Assembly (NCBI GenBank): GCA_977862235.1
Contig: OZ374558.1
Span: 62,001-126,000 of the forward strand
DNA: 64,000 bases
Source of the DNA: Dudresnaya verticillata
Taxonomy: Eukaryota
Direction: 5' to 3'
Shown: positions 10,240 through 22,200 of the stretch, in pieces
How positions within the stretch are numbered: the first letter of the stretch is position 1
How the letters are laid out: every line of letters begins with the position of its first letter
Made by a program: the position numbers and the translations under genes
The notes under the pieces: generated by a model
What the model was told of the DNA's origin: nothing
Databases searched by the model: none
What the model saw: only the letters and a program-made list of their open reading frames with translations

Positions 10240-11538
10240 CTACGCAACCAAATTTCTGCGCCGGAATCGCTCGTCTACGCACTTCTTGCCTCGAAACTCC
10301 TTTCCTGGTCCACAGTCGCACCATCTCGACCCCGGCATCGACGTTGATCCCTCTGGACAATCCCTACACCTCGAAATGTCAGTGCTGAACGTATTTGCTG
10401 CGCATTCCTGGCACCGTCGCCGATTCCTGTTATAGAAACTCCCAGAGAAACACGTTCTGCATTGCCTATCAAACTTGGGTTCGCACGGAACACATCTGTT
10501 GTCCACGTTTTTGGAAAACGCCGGGCACTGGCAAAAGTCTGTCGACATACTGTTGAGAAGACAAATGCACTCGTCTCCATCTTCGTTGGAAAACCCTGAT
10601 TCGCACTCTTCGCACTTGCCATTTTTGAGCAACCGCGACCCGGCCTTGCACACGCATTTCGTGCGTGCCATGTTGACAGTCCCATCTCCAACTGGGCACG
10701 GGAAGCATGCCGTCGTGGAGAACGCGGGGCTCACCGTCCCAGGAGGACATTGTTCACACCGCTTGGTGTCAGCATTGATTCCGAATCCCGGCAAGCACGC
10801 AACCACATTGCAGCCGGGGTTTCCCGGGACGCAAGTTGGCACACACGACTGTGCACCGCGACCCTTGGTTGTCGACTGCTCCGGGCATTTCTTGCAGCTT
10901 GCCTGGCCTACCTGGTCTTGGAAAAAGCCCACGGCACATCGTCTACACTTGCTCAGCCCCTCCTTCTTCGCGAATCTACCAACTCTGCAAGGCTGGCACA
11001 GCCCACGAGGCCCCTGCGTCCCGGCGGGGCATTTCGAACACGTTTCTGAGTTGTTTGCAAACGTCGAAGTCCCGGCGGGGCATCCTCTGCAAACAAGGTC
11101 GAACTGTCGCCCGGCCCGTTTCCCAGGAGGGCGGAAAACAACGCTTCCTGCTGCACAAGTCACGCACGAGGACTTGCGCTGCGCGCCTTTGGAAGAAATC
11201 GTGCCTTTTGGACACGCCTGACATTTCTTGGCCCCTTTCCGAGCTGCGAAAGTATTCTCTGGACACTGCTCACACGCTCCGCTTGTGGTGTTGAAGACGT
11301 TGCCACGGCCGCAAGGCTTGCATTTCTGGACTGCATTGGCTCCCCCACGAGAAGTTGTACGCGGCGGGCATGGCGTACATTTGGAAGCGCCCGGAATGCT
11401 TGAGAATGAGTTTGGAGGGCACCTGGTGCAATCGTCACCGTCCTTAAACGTCCCCGGACGGCATATCTCCTGAGACTTTGTAGAGCTTAGCAAAATTAGA
11501 GCCAACAAAGAGGCAAACAGCGCGGTGCTAGGAGTCAT
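10240..11538 (-). CDS. Secreted cysteine-rich repeat protein (GCC2/GCC3, ephrin-receptor-like Cys repeats)
   Basis: Signal peptide MTPSTALFASLLALILLSSTKSQ is followed by repeated CxxCPxGTF/S motifs. No transmembrane or catalytic domain is visible. Confidence 0.85.
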   Translation of the reverse strand: MTPSTALFASLLALILLSSTKSQEICRPGTFKDGDDCTRCPPNSFSSIPGASKCTPCPPRTTSRGGANAVQKCKPCGRGNVFNTTSGACEQCPENTFAARKGAKKCQACPKGTISSKGAQRKSSCVTCAAGSVVFRPPGKRAGRQFDLVCRGCPAGTSTFANNSETCSKCPAGTQGPRGLCQPCRVGRFAKKEGLSKCRRCAVGFFQDQVGQASCKKCPEQSTTKGRGAQSCVPTCVPGNPGCNVVACLPGFGINADTKRCEQCPPGTVSPAFSTTACFPCPVGDGTVNMARTKCVCKAGSRLLKNGKCEECESGFSNEDGDECICLLNSMSTDFCQCPAFSKNVDNRCVPCEPKFDRQCRTCFSGSFYNRNRRRCQECAANTFSTDISRCRDCPEGSTSMPGSRWCDCGPGKEFRGKKCVDERFRRRNLVA

Positions 11539-13376
11539 AGTGTCGAGGGAGCTGTACGTGTTCACTTTCACAGGAATGCAGCCAGACTGAGTGCCCCAAA
11601 TGTGTTGCAGTTGCTGAAGGCCGGGGCGCAACGATCACTAAGATATAGAGACGATTTGATTGGAGATGTAGCAATGTTAGAGCCTTTTTATTGTGAGGTA
11701 GCGCTATGGATGCCTACCGTTCGGTACCTTGTGTAAAAACGGTGAGTATCACCAGTATTGGGGGGCAGGTGCCGAAGAGATAAACTCGTTTCGGAAAAGC
11801 TGATGATCGATGTTCGGCAAAAACGTTGACCTCTTGTGTCAAGACCTTCAGGACTCCGGAAGAATATCTCCACGATACTCTTGATGATAGAGCGTGGCTG
11901 TAAACTGTGCCCTTCCATTCATTTACATCGTGGTACAGAATGAGAGGTGTGGTGAGGCGTATGTGTAATATCTGTGGCGTGTAGCTGCACCCTGGGATGC
12001 AGAGGTTGAATGTCCAAAGCAAAGTTTTCTTTTGTGATCTGTCGAGAGAAGCAGTGGACTCTCTGTGTAAAAGATAGAGATATGTCGAAGCTAAGCAGCC
12101 CGACTGTCACAAGGCTTTGCACTTTTTTTCAGATTACAAGCCGCAAACAATCCTCCCACCATCGGCACGAGACAGCAGGGACATCGGTACGGTCCATAGA
12201 GACAACGCAGCAGCTCTCCAATAGTCCTTTGTACCGACTTGCGGCCAAGAGGCAAAGCGAATCAAAAGAAGAAGGGCTGCATTGAAACAAGAATGAAGTT
12301 CTTCACCCCGAATTGCCAAAGCTTCAATGACAGGCCATGAATGTGGTGATGAGATCCTGGCGGATTGACGCGTTTGTACAACGCGGCTGAAATCTGAAGA
12401 TGGCACCATGATCTGTCTGCCTTCTGTATCTTCATTGGCGACTGTCAAGAAATATTGGCAGCCATCTTCTCTGTCCAACCAAAAAAAAATCCGAGCTAGC
12501 TACTCCGCTGTGTTGTAGGGTGATTACTGAGACTTCGGCTTTGTCGACGCTGCTGACAGGAAGGGCCTTCGCGGAAGACCCTTCCCATACTGCAGGAATT
12601 CATTGTCGACACCTTCGAGAAATCCGAGGCTTAGTGTAACAACTTCCGGGCGAGACATATTGGACAAAAGAACGACAACTCGTCCCGGTAGCAACAGCTC
12701 TTCTTGTCCATTTCTTTTCTTGGTTTGTAGATGTCTTGAGTGCCCAAGATTCCCAATGCCTTCTGCGCAAAAAAACTGCTTCCCAATGCAAACCTTCACA
12801 GTTGCGATTGCAAACATGCTCTTCCAATCATCGCCAGTATCAAACTCAAACCTAAACCCTAACACAGATACTTCCTTTCCAAACGTCTACTGTCATCCAC
12901 ACTTGATGACACGTTTAACAATCATTGATCGATGCTTCGATTCAACGGGTCCAGGCCATCATATAATCACTATAGAAAGCTTTCCGTTCTTTCCCTCTTA
13001 ATCTTGGAGTCGATGCTGATACCTTGTATTTTGCGAGATGGAATAGCGGGGTCTACATCAGTTCGCATCTGTTTAGGTCTTTTTTCCGCTGAAAACAGAG
13101 AGGCTAAGGCTCTCACTTGCCTCGTATTCACCATTTAATCCTACTGTTATATAGAACCGTTATTTGAGATACGACACGGCTTCGTTAGCCTCCAACTGCT
13201 GCACATAAGCTATTTCCCATTCGCGAAGACCCCAGCAGCTCTCCACCCCTCGCGCAATACATGCAGCATATGACTTGAGCATAAATACCTGTTACGGTGA
13301 TCCAAACGATTTAAGCTTCTCATCTCTGTATTTGTTCGACTTGCCGAGTATTTTTTCGACTGCGACTACGACTGCG

Positions 13377-15260
13377 ATGGCGAAACGATCTCTCCTCGTC
13401 TTCTTTGGCTTCGTTCTCCAGCTAGTTCTTCTCCAGACGCAACACAAGCCCGTGACTGCTCAGAAGAGCTGCGTCGCTGGCCAGTTTCGAGACGGCAGCA
13501 CCTGTAAGACGTGCCCAGCAGGAACGTACTCGGAAGATTTCAACCAGCTCGTATGCACCAAGTGCGGCCTAGGAACCTTCAGTGTCGCAGGTGCACGGTC
13601 GATCGACCAGTGTATCCTGTGTCCTACAGGTACCTGTGCTGACAAGGAAGGGACAGCCGAGTGCAAGCCCTGCCCGCCTGGGAAGGACTCCTTCCAGGGT
13701 TCAAGGGCATGCGGCTTCTGCGAAGCAGGGTTTGCACTAAATCCGTTTTCAGAAACAGGCTGTGCTCCTTGCATCAGAGCTTTCTTCGCGAGCAAGCCGG
13801 GCAGCAAATTTTGCACCAGATGCCCCGACGGTACCATTACCGAAGGAGGCAGTGAACCGTTCCCATCCCGAGGTATTGGGGCTACGGAGTGTACAAAATG
13901 TCCAGTAGGAACGTTCCGCCGAAACTCGGAATTCGATTTCAACCCCGTGAGTGTCTTCCTCAAGAATGCATGCGTCAAATGCCAGCCAGGGACATTCAAT
14001 GCCAAGCCAGGTGCGACGTCTTGCGCCGTTTGCCCTCCTGGTACCTTCTCAGAACGGGAAGCCTCTAAGTGCACCCCCTGTGCCAAGGATACCTTCAATA
14101 ACGTCATCCCCGCTGTCAAGTGCAGACGGTGTGCGCCTGGTACGTCGACTGCGGGTCCTGGAGCTGCCGCATGCAAAAGCCCCGAGCGTGGCTGTACGTT
14201 TGATACGTTTGAAGGAAAAGATGGTAATTGTCAGGCTTGTCTTCCCGGAGAGAGGTACGATGCAGCGAAGAAGGAATGTGTTGCTTGCGGGAGCAATCAG
14301 ATAAGCAAAGGAGGTGTCGATTCTGAGTGCAAGTCTTGTCCAAACAGAAAAGTGCCTGTTGGCGACCTCACATTTATCGAGAAGTCAGAGTGCGAGTGCG
14401 CGCCAGGACTTGTTTCCGATGGAGACGACTGCGCTCCGTGTCCACCAGGAACGTTCTGGGAAAATGACAACAACTTCTTCCTTACGGTTGACAAATTTAA
14501 GAGAGAGGATCCTGACCGCTTCAATCAAGCCGTCGAAGGCACTTGCACAGAATGCCCATCTGGGACCTTCAATAACAAGTTTGGGCAATTTACGTGCAAG
14601 AAGTGTCCAGTGGACACATATCAGCCATATGAGGGGGCTTTAGAATGCTTCCCATGTCCTCCAGGCTCTGGCAGCCCCAGAATTCTGGATATGGACCCGG
14701 AAGAGGGTCGACGCACCTGCATTGTCCTAGCGACATCATGTCCTCCGGGACGGGAAAGGAACAATAAGGGGAAATGCCTGGCAAGGTCTTGTCCATTGAT
14801 GAACTCGTTTTTGTCAAATAAGAGGTGCATCCAATGCAACAGGGACGAACGAGTGAAGAAGAAGAGGTGTGTTGGGTGCAAGTCAGATTCATTTCGTCCA
14901 TCACTCCCACGGAACAAATGCAAGAAATGTGGGAAGCGCCAGACATCGAGAGGCAATTTCTGTGAATGTGGCTTGAACTTTATCGAGTTCAAAGGTAAGT
15001 GTGTTGCAAACTGCCCAGCCGGCATGGGCCCCGATTTCGTTCCAAGCCCGAGGCGTCCGGATAGCAGCGATATATGCATCAAGTGCGGGCCTCGACGAGT
15101 CTCAAATGTCGCAACAGGCTTCGAATGTGAAACATGTCGGCGTACCTCAATCGCTGTTGATGGTAGAGTGTGCAAACCTTGCCCCGTTGGTCAGATTGTT
15201 GAGAAGGATATCTATAACCGAAGAATTGACAGATGTAGACCGAGAAGCCCTTATTTGTAA
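13377..15260 (+). CDS. Secreted cysteine-rich repeat protein (GCC2/GCC3-like), same family as 10240-11538
   Basis: Signal peptide MAKRSLLVFFGFVLQLVLLQ is followed by many CxxCxxGTF repeats. CATAAATA lies upstream at 13280-13287. Confidence 0.85.
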   Translation: MAKRSLLVFFGFVLQLVLLQTQHKPVTAQKSCVAGQFRDGSTCKTCPAGTYSEDFNQLVCTKCGLGTFSVAGARSIDQCILCPTGTCADKEGTAECKPCPPGKDSFQGSRACGFCEAGFALNPFSETGCAPCIRAFFASKPGSKFCTRCPDGTITEGGSEPFPSRGIGATECTKCPVGTFRRNSEFDFNPVSVFLKNACVKCQPGTFNAKPGATSCAVCPPGTFSEREASKCTPCAKDTFNNVIPAVKCRRCAPGTSTAGPGAAACKSPERGCTFDTFEGKDGNCQACLPGERYDAAKKECVACGSNQISKGGVDSECKSCPNRKVPVGDLTFIEKSECECAPGLVSDGDDCAPCPPGTFWENDNNFFLTVDKFKREDPDRFNQAVEGTCTECPSGTFNNKFGQFTCKKCPVDTYQPYEGALECFPCPPGSGSPRILDMDPEEGRRTCIVLATSCPPGRERNNKGKCLARSCPLMNSFLSNKRCIQCNRDERVKKKRCVGCKSDSFRPSLPRNKCKKCGKRQTSRGNFCECGLNFIEFKGKCVANCPAGMGPDFVPSPRRPDSSDICIKCGPRRVSNVATGFECETCRRTSIAVDGRVCKPCPVGQIVEKDIYNRRIDRCRPRSPYL

Positions 15261-16178
15261 CATGGCGCACCGGAGTATGGGGTTCTTTTTACGTCTGAAT
15301 AAAAATGCTGGTGCCAGTGCAAGATCAGCGCGCTTTATGTACCGTTGCAGAGGATGTTAACTCGGAAAGTCTGCCGTTTGAGATATCATTATGTATTCGG
15401 GGATCAAGAGAAGGCAGGAAGAGGGAGAGGCGTTACAAATAGCACTAGAACTGTCGGCCCCGCCGAAGACCTATGCTACTGCGCTTCCCAGCATTCCCCA
15501 CTACCCGACCACCGATCAACCGCCATTATTTTCCGGTTCCAGTGTTCTACTTACAAATGCTTGCATCCGGCCGTCGCTATTGACTCCGAACCCTTGTCAG
15601 TTAGAACTCATCTTATCGTTATCTTATTGTTAATACCGCATGCCTAGAAAGCACAATCTCATTTTGTTCAAGCAGGGCGCCCTTGGTTTCAAGGGAAATG
15701 AAACGAGTAACCCGTTACTAGAGGTGTTGACAGACAATTCCACGAAACTACGCTTGAAGGGCTCTCCAAATTGTGTTCATGAGCAAGGGTACTTTCTTTC
15801 CTCACGGGCTACGAAACAGCTGAACGCTGACATAGCATTCTCTCGATGCTACACTTCGTTGATATCATAAAGCTTGAATGAACGAGCACAAAATTCAAAT
15901 TAATGCCTCAAGCTTCGCAGTGCCTTTCCCGAAGTCCTATCCCGTTGCAAGCTTAGCAATTAATGGTTGAGCCTTCTTTGAGTAGAGCATTGGCCTGTAC
16001 TCAATTTGTTCAAATAACAGAGCAGAAACTCAACGACCGTTGATATGCAGAGAGAATGTGAGCGACTCTTGTTTCGCTACAGATCCTCGCTACAGATCCA
16101 GAACACGGACAAGATAGGAGATGACCGTAGTGAATATGCCATGAATACTTTGGAAGTACGAGACATGGCGAGAAAGGA

Positions 16179-16218
16179 ATGAGAGAGAGAGGGAACCTTT
16201 ATATATATATATATATAC
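16179..16218 (+). repeat. (GA)n and (TA)n microsatellites
   Basis: GAGAGAGAGAG is followed by ACCTT and a (TA)n run. Confidence 0.8.
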
Positions 16219-19200
16219 AGGAGCTAAAAGGGACACTAGTTCGCCTCAGAATGAGAGCCGATAAAACAGTGGCCACTTCTTGCTTCCTTTCAGAAAGAGC
16301 CTACGGGCTAGCCCGAAACTACACCATGAATGTTGCTAGTAGGCTATTAGGGTATGAGCTGGTCTTGCTCGCTTTTGAGAAGACACGATAGTCAATTCTT
16401 AACAAATCTGATCTGGGACCTAGGGCTCTCCCGTCTTGACAGTCATTCGGGCTTGTTTGGGCGCCAACTAGAAGAACAGAACTCTTCAGTGGTAGCTTTA
16501 ATTCAACCTCATTGAAATGCACTTCCCATGGCATTTAGTCTCGATGAAAGAGGAATGTTTCTTCTTTTGGAAAGCTTCCCAGCTTGTCGTGACGGGAGAG
16601 CATTGCCTTTCAGGGGCTTGTGTTTTTCTTGTACAACTAGAAACTGCGGCATCTGGCACCCAATTAGTTGCCGAGCAGCACAGTGCTCAATATTCGAGTG
16701 TTGTCCAAACTGCAATATATCTATATATACATATATATGTATAAATAGGTTGCGAAAATAACTCTTAGGTGATGAGCTACGAGAACCACGGAGGCCGATA
16801 ACGAGACGAGGCAAAGGCTTTTTCGTTCCATAAAATATTACAGTAGTGCAAACAACTCGCCCACAGCACGTGCTACCATCAGTATGTTTGTTTGTGGTGC
16901 ATATGGTTTGCAAGGTGCGAAGATTGTGCGTTACGGCAGGCAGGGACAGCTTACCCGAGAATGTGCACAGCTCTAAAAACAGGATCATCGGCCATGCTAA
17001 AGGAGTTTATTGGCAGCGCAGTGCTAGCCCGGTTGAGTTTGTCGAGGGCAACGCAGATAGGCACAAGACGTTGGCAATCCTTAGACTCAGAAGCACCGCT
17101 CACTGCCTTGGCACACAAATGCTTATGTGCTTGCAGATCCTGTTTCTGTAGTCATGTGATTCCAAAACGGCAGTTGGTCACAAGGAAAGATCAAGGAGGC
17201 TGTTTGCGTTGCGTTACAGATTGAGAATTCGACACGTGAAAACCTCTTCCGTAAATTCCGAGGGAAGTTTGGGCTATTGTCACTCACAATATATGGGAAG
17301 AAGGTGGAATAAGCACTAGGTCTTTTTGACTCCGCCCACGTCAGCACAGCTGCTTGATTTGCGATGCTATGGTTGCGGATATTGTTGCTTCCTGACAGAG
17401 ATACCTCCGACACCAGAGGTGGCCCATGAAAGTGCAATCAACGTGTAAATCGTTCGTCTGCCATTCCTTTGCCCCTCCATCCTGGAACCAATAGCAGCAA
17501 CAAGATGGAGCATTGTGGCACTGATTTCTCTAATGCAATGTTGCTCACTAGTACTACGAACACTACGGAATAAGTGGAGCTTACCGGATAAAGTAGCATT
17601 ACAGAATACCTGCAACCAGACCATGAATTGATACCTCTTGCAATGGGGAGTTGTAGCAGACGTGAGGGACACCACTACCCAACATCAATAGAGATAGGGC
17701 CCGTTACGCGGAAGATGAAGGGGGCACTAGTTCACCCCAAAAAAGCAGCAGAGCTGACGTAAAGCTGGGAAGGTGAACAATATTGGACATGATTGTGCGG
17801 CAGGAGACTGGATAAGTATCTTGCCGGCAATTGGCGTTCGTGGCAATATTGTTGAGTTCCATGATTTCCACACACCGCACTTCCCGCATAAGATGTTAAG
17901 TCGTGTATCACAGCTGCAACGGCACGAAAATGCTGTCCATCGTCATCTTTGCGGTTTGGGTCCCAATTGCCCTCATCCTGAACATTTTTTGCATCGACAT
18001 CGCTGTGCGATTTTCCTGTGCCGCCCAGCTTCGGTTTGTATCAACCAGACGAAGGAGGCCTTTCGAACTCCGGATGGATAGCACACATTTACACCGTGAC
18101 GAGACTTCGTTGCAAAGATTGAAAATGACTTGAGAAGGACACTAGCCCTACATTACACTAGAGATTCCCTGAAGACTTATGATGGGAATAAATGACCTGA
18201 ACTCCGCTTGAGGAATGACGTCAAAAATGCTACGCAATTGCATGAGGATAGAGAGTCTTCGCGGCTTGCTCAATTGCGAATAAAACCGAGCCGGCACCTG
18301 GGCAATGGCCTCCTGACGGCGGTCGACTCCTCGTTTTACATTTTCCAGAGAGCACCCAGCCTCTGCAAAAAACTTTTTAACTTGACCTGCTTGCTATATC
18401 AGATGACCGAAGAATTCCTTTCTTTATCACAATCTATATTTCTGCGGGGCATGTCTTTCGATTTCACTCTTGCGGACAGTCTACATAGAGATATTGATCC
18501 CAGAGTTGCCAATCTTAAATTTCTCGCGGCTAGTCGGGATTTGTGTTTACCGGACATTATGAATCAGCAAGACACATATATCAATTGGATATCGGTGGAT
18601 TAGAGCATTGGAATAAGTTGTCTACTGTCATTAATGAGTAAAGGTCGTTTGGGGGTCGTATTGCAATACCTCTTCTGTTGCAGGGCATGATTTTATGAAA
18701 GGAAGACCTTTATTATGCGTGTAGACCATGCGACCTCCTTCACTAGCACAAAATTATTGCCAGATCTGTAATTTTCCAACGACTTGTACTGGTCCTAGGT
18801 TCAAACTGATTAATTGTCTTAGAGTCCCAGGTGGTCCTATTTTGCCCATAGGAATGAATAGGACCATTGTGAACCCCACTGGGTCGCACTGCCCTCAAAT
18901 ATTGTACTGCTCTTGGCAAGCCCCACGGAGTATTTAGAGCACGACGCCAACTTTATCAGCTTTATCTTGTCTGCATTCTTGGCGGAGCAGAAGCAGACGT
19001 GAGCCAAAACCACGTACCTTCAAGGGAGCATTAAACTCCAGTGATCAGGCCCATTTAATTTCAATCCTTCTACTTCCATATCTTAAATAATGGAGTAGTG
19101 GAAAAGAGCAAGAACTCGAGCACAGTGTACAAGACAGCTACAGCTTTGGTCTTTGTTTCACAGCAAAATGCATTTTAAAATCGATAGATGAGGCTTGGCT

Positions 19201-22200
19201 CGGCACCCGTTCAAAGATTCCGAGAGGAACAGCAGAGGTTGTGGGAGAGTGGTCGCAATCTGAAATGCTGGAGGCGTTGTTGCAATTTATTGTCATCGTA
19301 AGAGATAACTGAAAGTGTACATATGAATTGGAAGCCGTGCAAAAAACATTCATGCGCCCTACCTTCTTTTCCTGATATGTGTAAATGAGAAAACAGAGTA
19401 ATATTGTCTTGCAAAAGCCGAGAATGATACGAGTCGTTCGCGTTCGCATACTGCAGATAATAAGACCCTAACGTGATCAATGATCACGGATTTTTAAAGG
19501 AATAGAACTGACGGAACTGTGCGTTATGTGCTATTGAAGTTAGCCCCCTATCTGGGCTTGAGCATATTTATGTAAAAACAGCATATTGTCTTATCACCAT
19601 GCGTTCTCATTGGATAGAATAGGGAACTCCATATGTTGTTAAAAGGAGATGCGCTGGTACATCTTTTGGGGCCTACCGTCGTGCTAAATACTGTAGCACA
19701 GTTCCCGAGTGAAAAGCTGGCTGTGAATAGTAATGGATCAGCTAGAATTCTCTAGATCCTTCCAACGAATGCCGAGACCTATCTTAAAGTCCACGCGAAG
19801 ATGTGTGTATGTTTGGAATGCTTGTAAGTTCTAGAATCTTGCTGGGCGGGCAACAAATATTTTGCACTCCTCAAATGACTGCTAAAAACCCCACTCCAAA
19901 CGTCAAACTTAAACGTTAATCGAAGCTTACTCCTCGCTTCTCATCTACTACAGACATACACCCCGTTATGTTCATCTTTCTTTTCAACTAGTCAGGGTAC
20001 ATTCACATGAGAGACTGGCCACTCACTTGTGGTCATATTGGAGGCTTAGAACTAGTCATTCATCCGGTATGGAGGCGCGATATTCTGGTGATTGATGCAA
20101 TCTGCCACGAATCGATGGAAGCGTAGACACGGGACTTGTTTTGAGATTCACTTTTCTCAGAGGCCGGGGAGGTAAAATACTCAATGGCCACGGCGGGAGC
20201 AGAGTACGTTTCTACATGAACATTTTAAAAATAAGAACCAGTATTGAGACTGTAACTGAAGGCTCATGGCACCAGGAAGCGAGGGAAGCGAGGGACAGAG
20301 GCGTAGGGAACGCCATTAAAAACGGCCAAGGAAATTCGCCCTCTCCTTCCGAACTACGCAGAACCTCCTTTTACTACCTGGTCAAATGTCTATTTGTTTC
20401 AGCCCTGTCACAAATGTCAATACCACTAGTGGGATGTGTTGTGGAATTTTGTCGGTACCAGTTACCGTTGCCATATTGAAAGCTTTGGGCAGATGTTAAG
20501 TTCCTTGTTCTCTTTCTTGACAGAGAGTACACATCCGCTATTGACATTTACCTCGTTCATCACTCTATGTAAATCGTTGGTTTACGTGTACTGTATCTTC
20601 CCGAGTGTGCTTTACTTGGGATTGACATCCGCACATCTCGAGACTTTGCGCTCTAGACGCGCGTGCAACAGATGCTGTCTTCTTTTGCCTCTCTTGGGAA
20701 ATGCTGCAACCAAAGCTTCTATTCCACAGCAGGCTTGCCCCTGCACTAAAATAACTCGGAAAATTCGGTAAACAAGAAGGGCATGGGCCGTGAAGCAATG
20801 TCAGAATTTCCATTCGTCGACGAAGATATTCGGAACAGTCCGAAATATCTCTAAGAGCGAATAAGAAATTCGTGCGGATCTGTCGGAAAAAAGGAAAGCA
20901 CACCTTCTCGCGCGGCTAGTCTACCTCTCATACCGACAGCTCCTTTGAACACATCCTTCGGTAGTTGAAGGTTTCCAGGTCGGAAAGCTTGAGTCCCGGC
21001 GCTTCTGAACTGTACTCTCCATCTTCCGCCTGTCCAAATGAAAGTCAGTCAGTTTCGGACTGGGGTCAAACAGAATCTAAGGGACTTACTGGCAGATCCT
21101 TGGATCTGAGTGAAGGTTGTGGAAGCTTTTTTGGGACTATTTAGTTTATCGAAGGTACACTAGTGCACATCAGAATCTGATAATGTTTGCCGCATTGTCC
21201 GGAACTGCAATGGGAGGTGTTCAAATTCGCGTTGCCTGTATGGAATACGAACAGACCGATTGCGTGGTTAGATCGAGGGGACGAAACTGCAAGGCGGCGG
21301 CCGTGCAGCCATACACAAGTGTCCTTTTGTCCTTTTGAAAGCCTGTCTCACAAAGAAAATAACAGAAAAGTAGAGCGCCAGTCTGAGAGTTGCGGAACGT
21401 AGGCAGTGCAATGTGAAGTGCGATATTACAGCATTTATCTTCCCCAGATGCTGAGATGAAAAAGAGTTTCAGGCTGATCCTGAGCCGCGCTCAGCTGAAA
21501 ATGTTTGTGCAGACTTGTTCACCTGGAGAGTTCTCATAAATCTAAATAGCAAGGGAAACTTTAATCGCAAGACTCCAGTACGTGAAAGTAAATGCCTGTA
21601 CGGCGCGGAAACATACTCGTATCGAAAATATATTTTGTATATGAACAGGCAACCACAACTGCACAGCCTGTCAGAATTAGCCTCTCATATCTCAGACCTC
21701 TTCCCGGGAGGGAATTATGCTTCCAACCTTCAGGTGGAATACATTGCTACTTAGACGTTCTGAATCCACTATAGTATAGAGATTGAGGACTACTCGTATG
21801 ATGCTCTTCAAAGTCATTCTGCTCTGAAAACTGCTTACTAAGGCGAACAAGAGAGCATGACGTAGGCATTGGAACAGAACAGACTCTCAAGCCTACGCGA
21901 GAGCTTTATGTAGCATTGCGACAGAACCGAAGGCGCAACAGTATCGAAACCAATTCTCTTGCAAAATCTCAGGACAGCTTCAAAAATAGAAGTAACAACA
22001 GGAACCATCTGTTCCAGAACGACCCACTCGCTACGTTAGATTTCTCCCGAGACATTTCCAAGTGCTATGCAATATTCGCACGACGTCGATTTATCAAGCA
22101 AGCTTTAGGTTTAAAAGCGTTTCCGCTGGTGCTTAGTCACAACAGTTCCGATATTCATATCGCGTATTGCACGTAATGAAGTACGTACACAACACCAGCA

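Noticed and set aside
10475..14176. Antisense ORFs over the two Cys-rich genes
   Set aside because: They are reverse-frame shadows of the real coding sequences.
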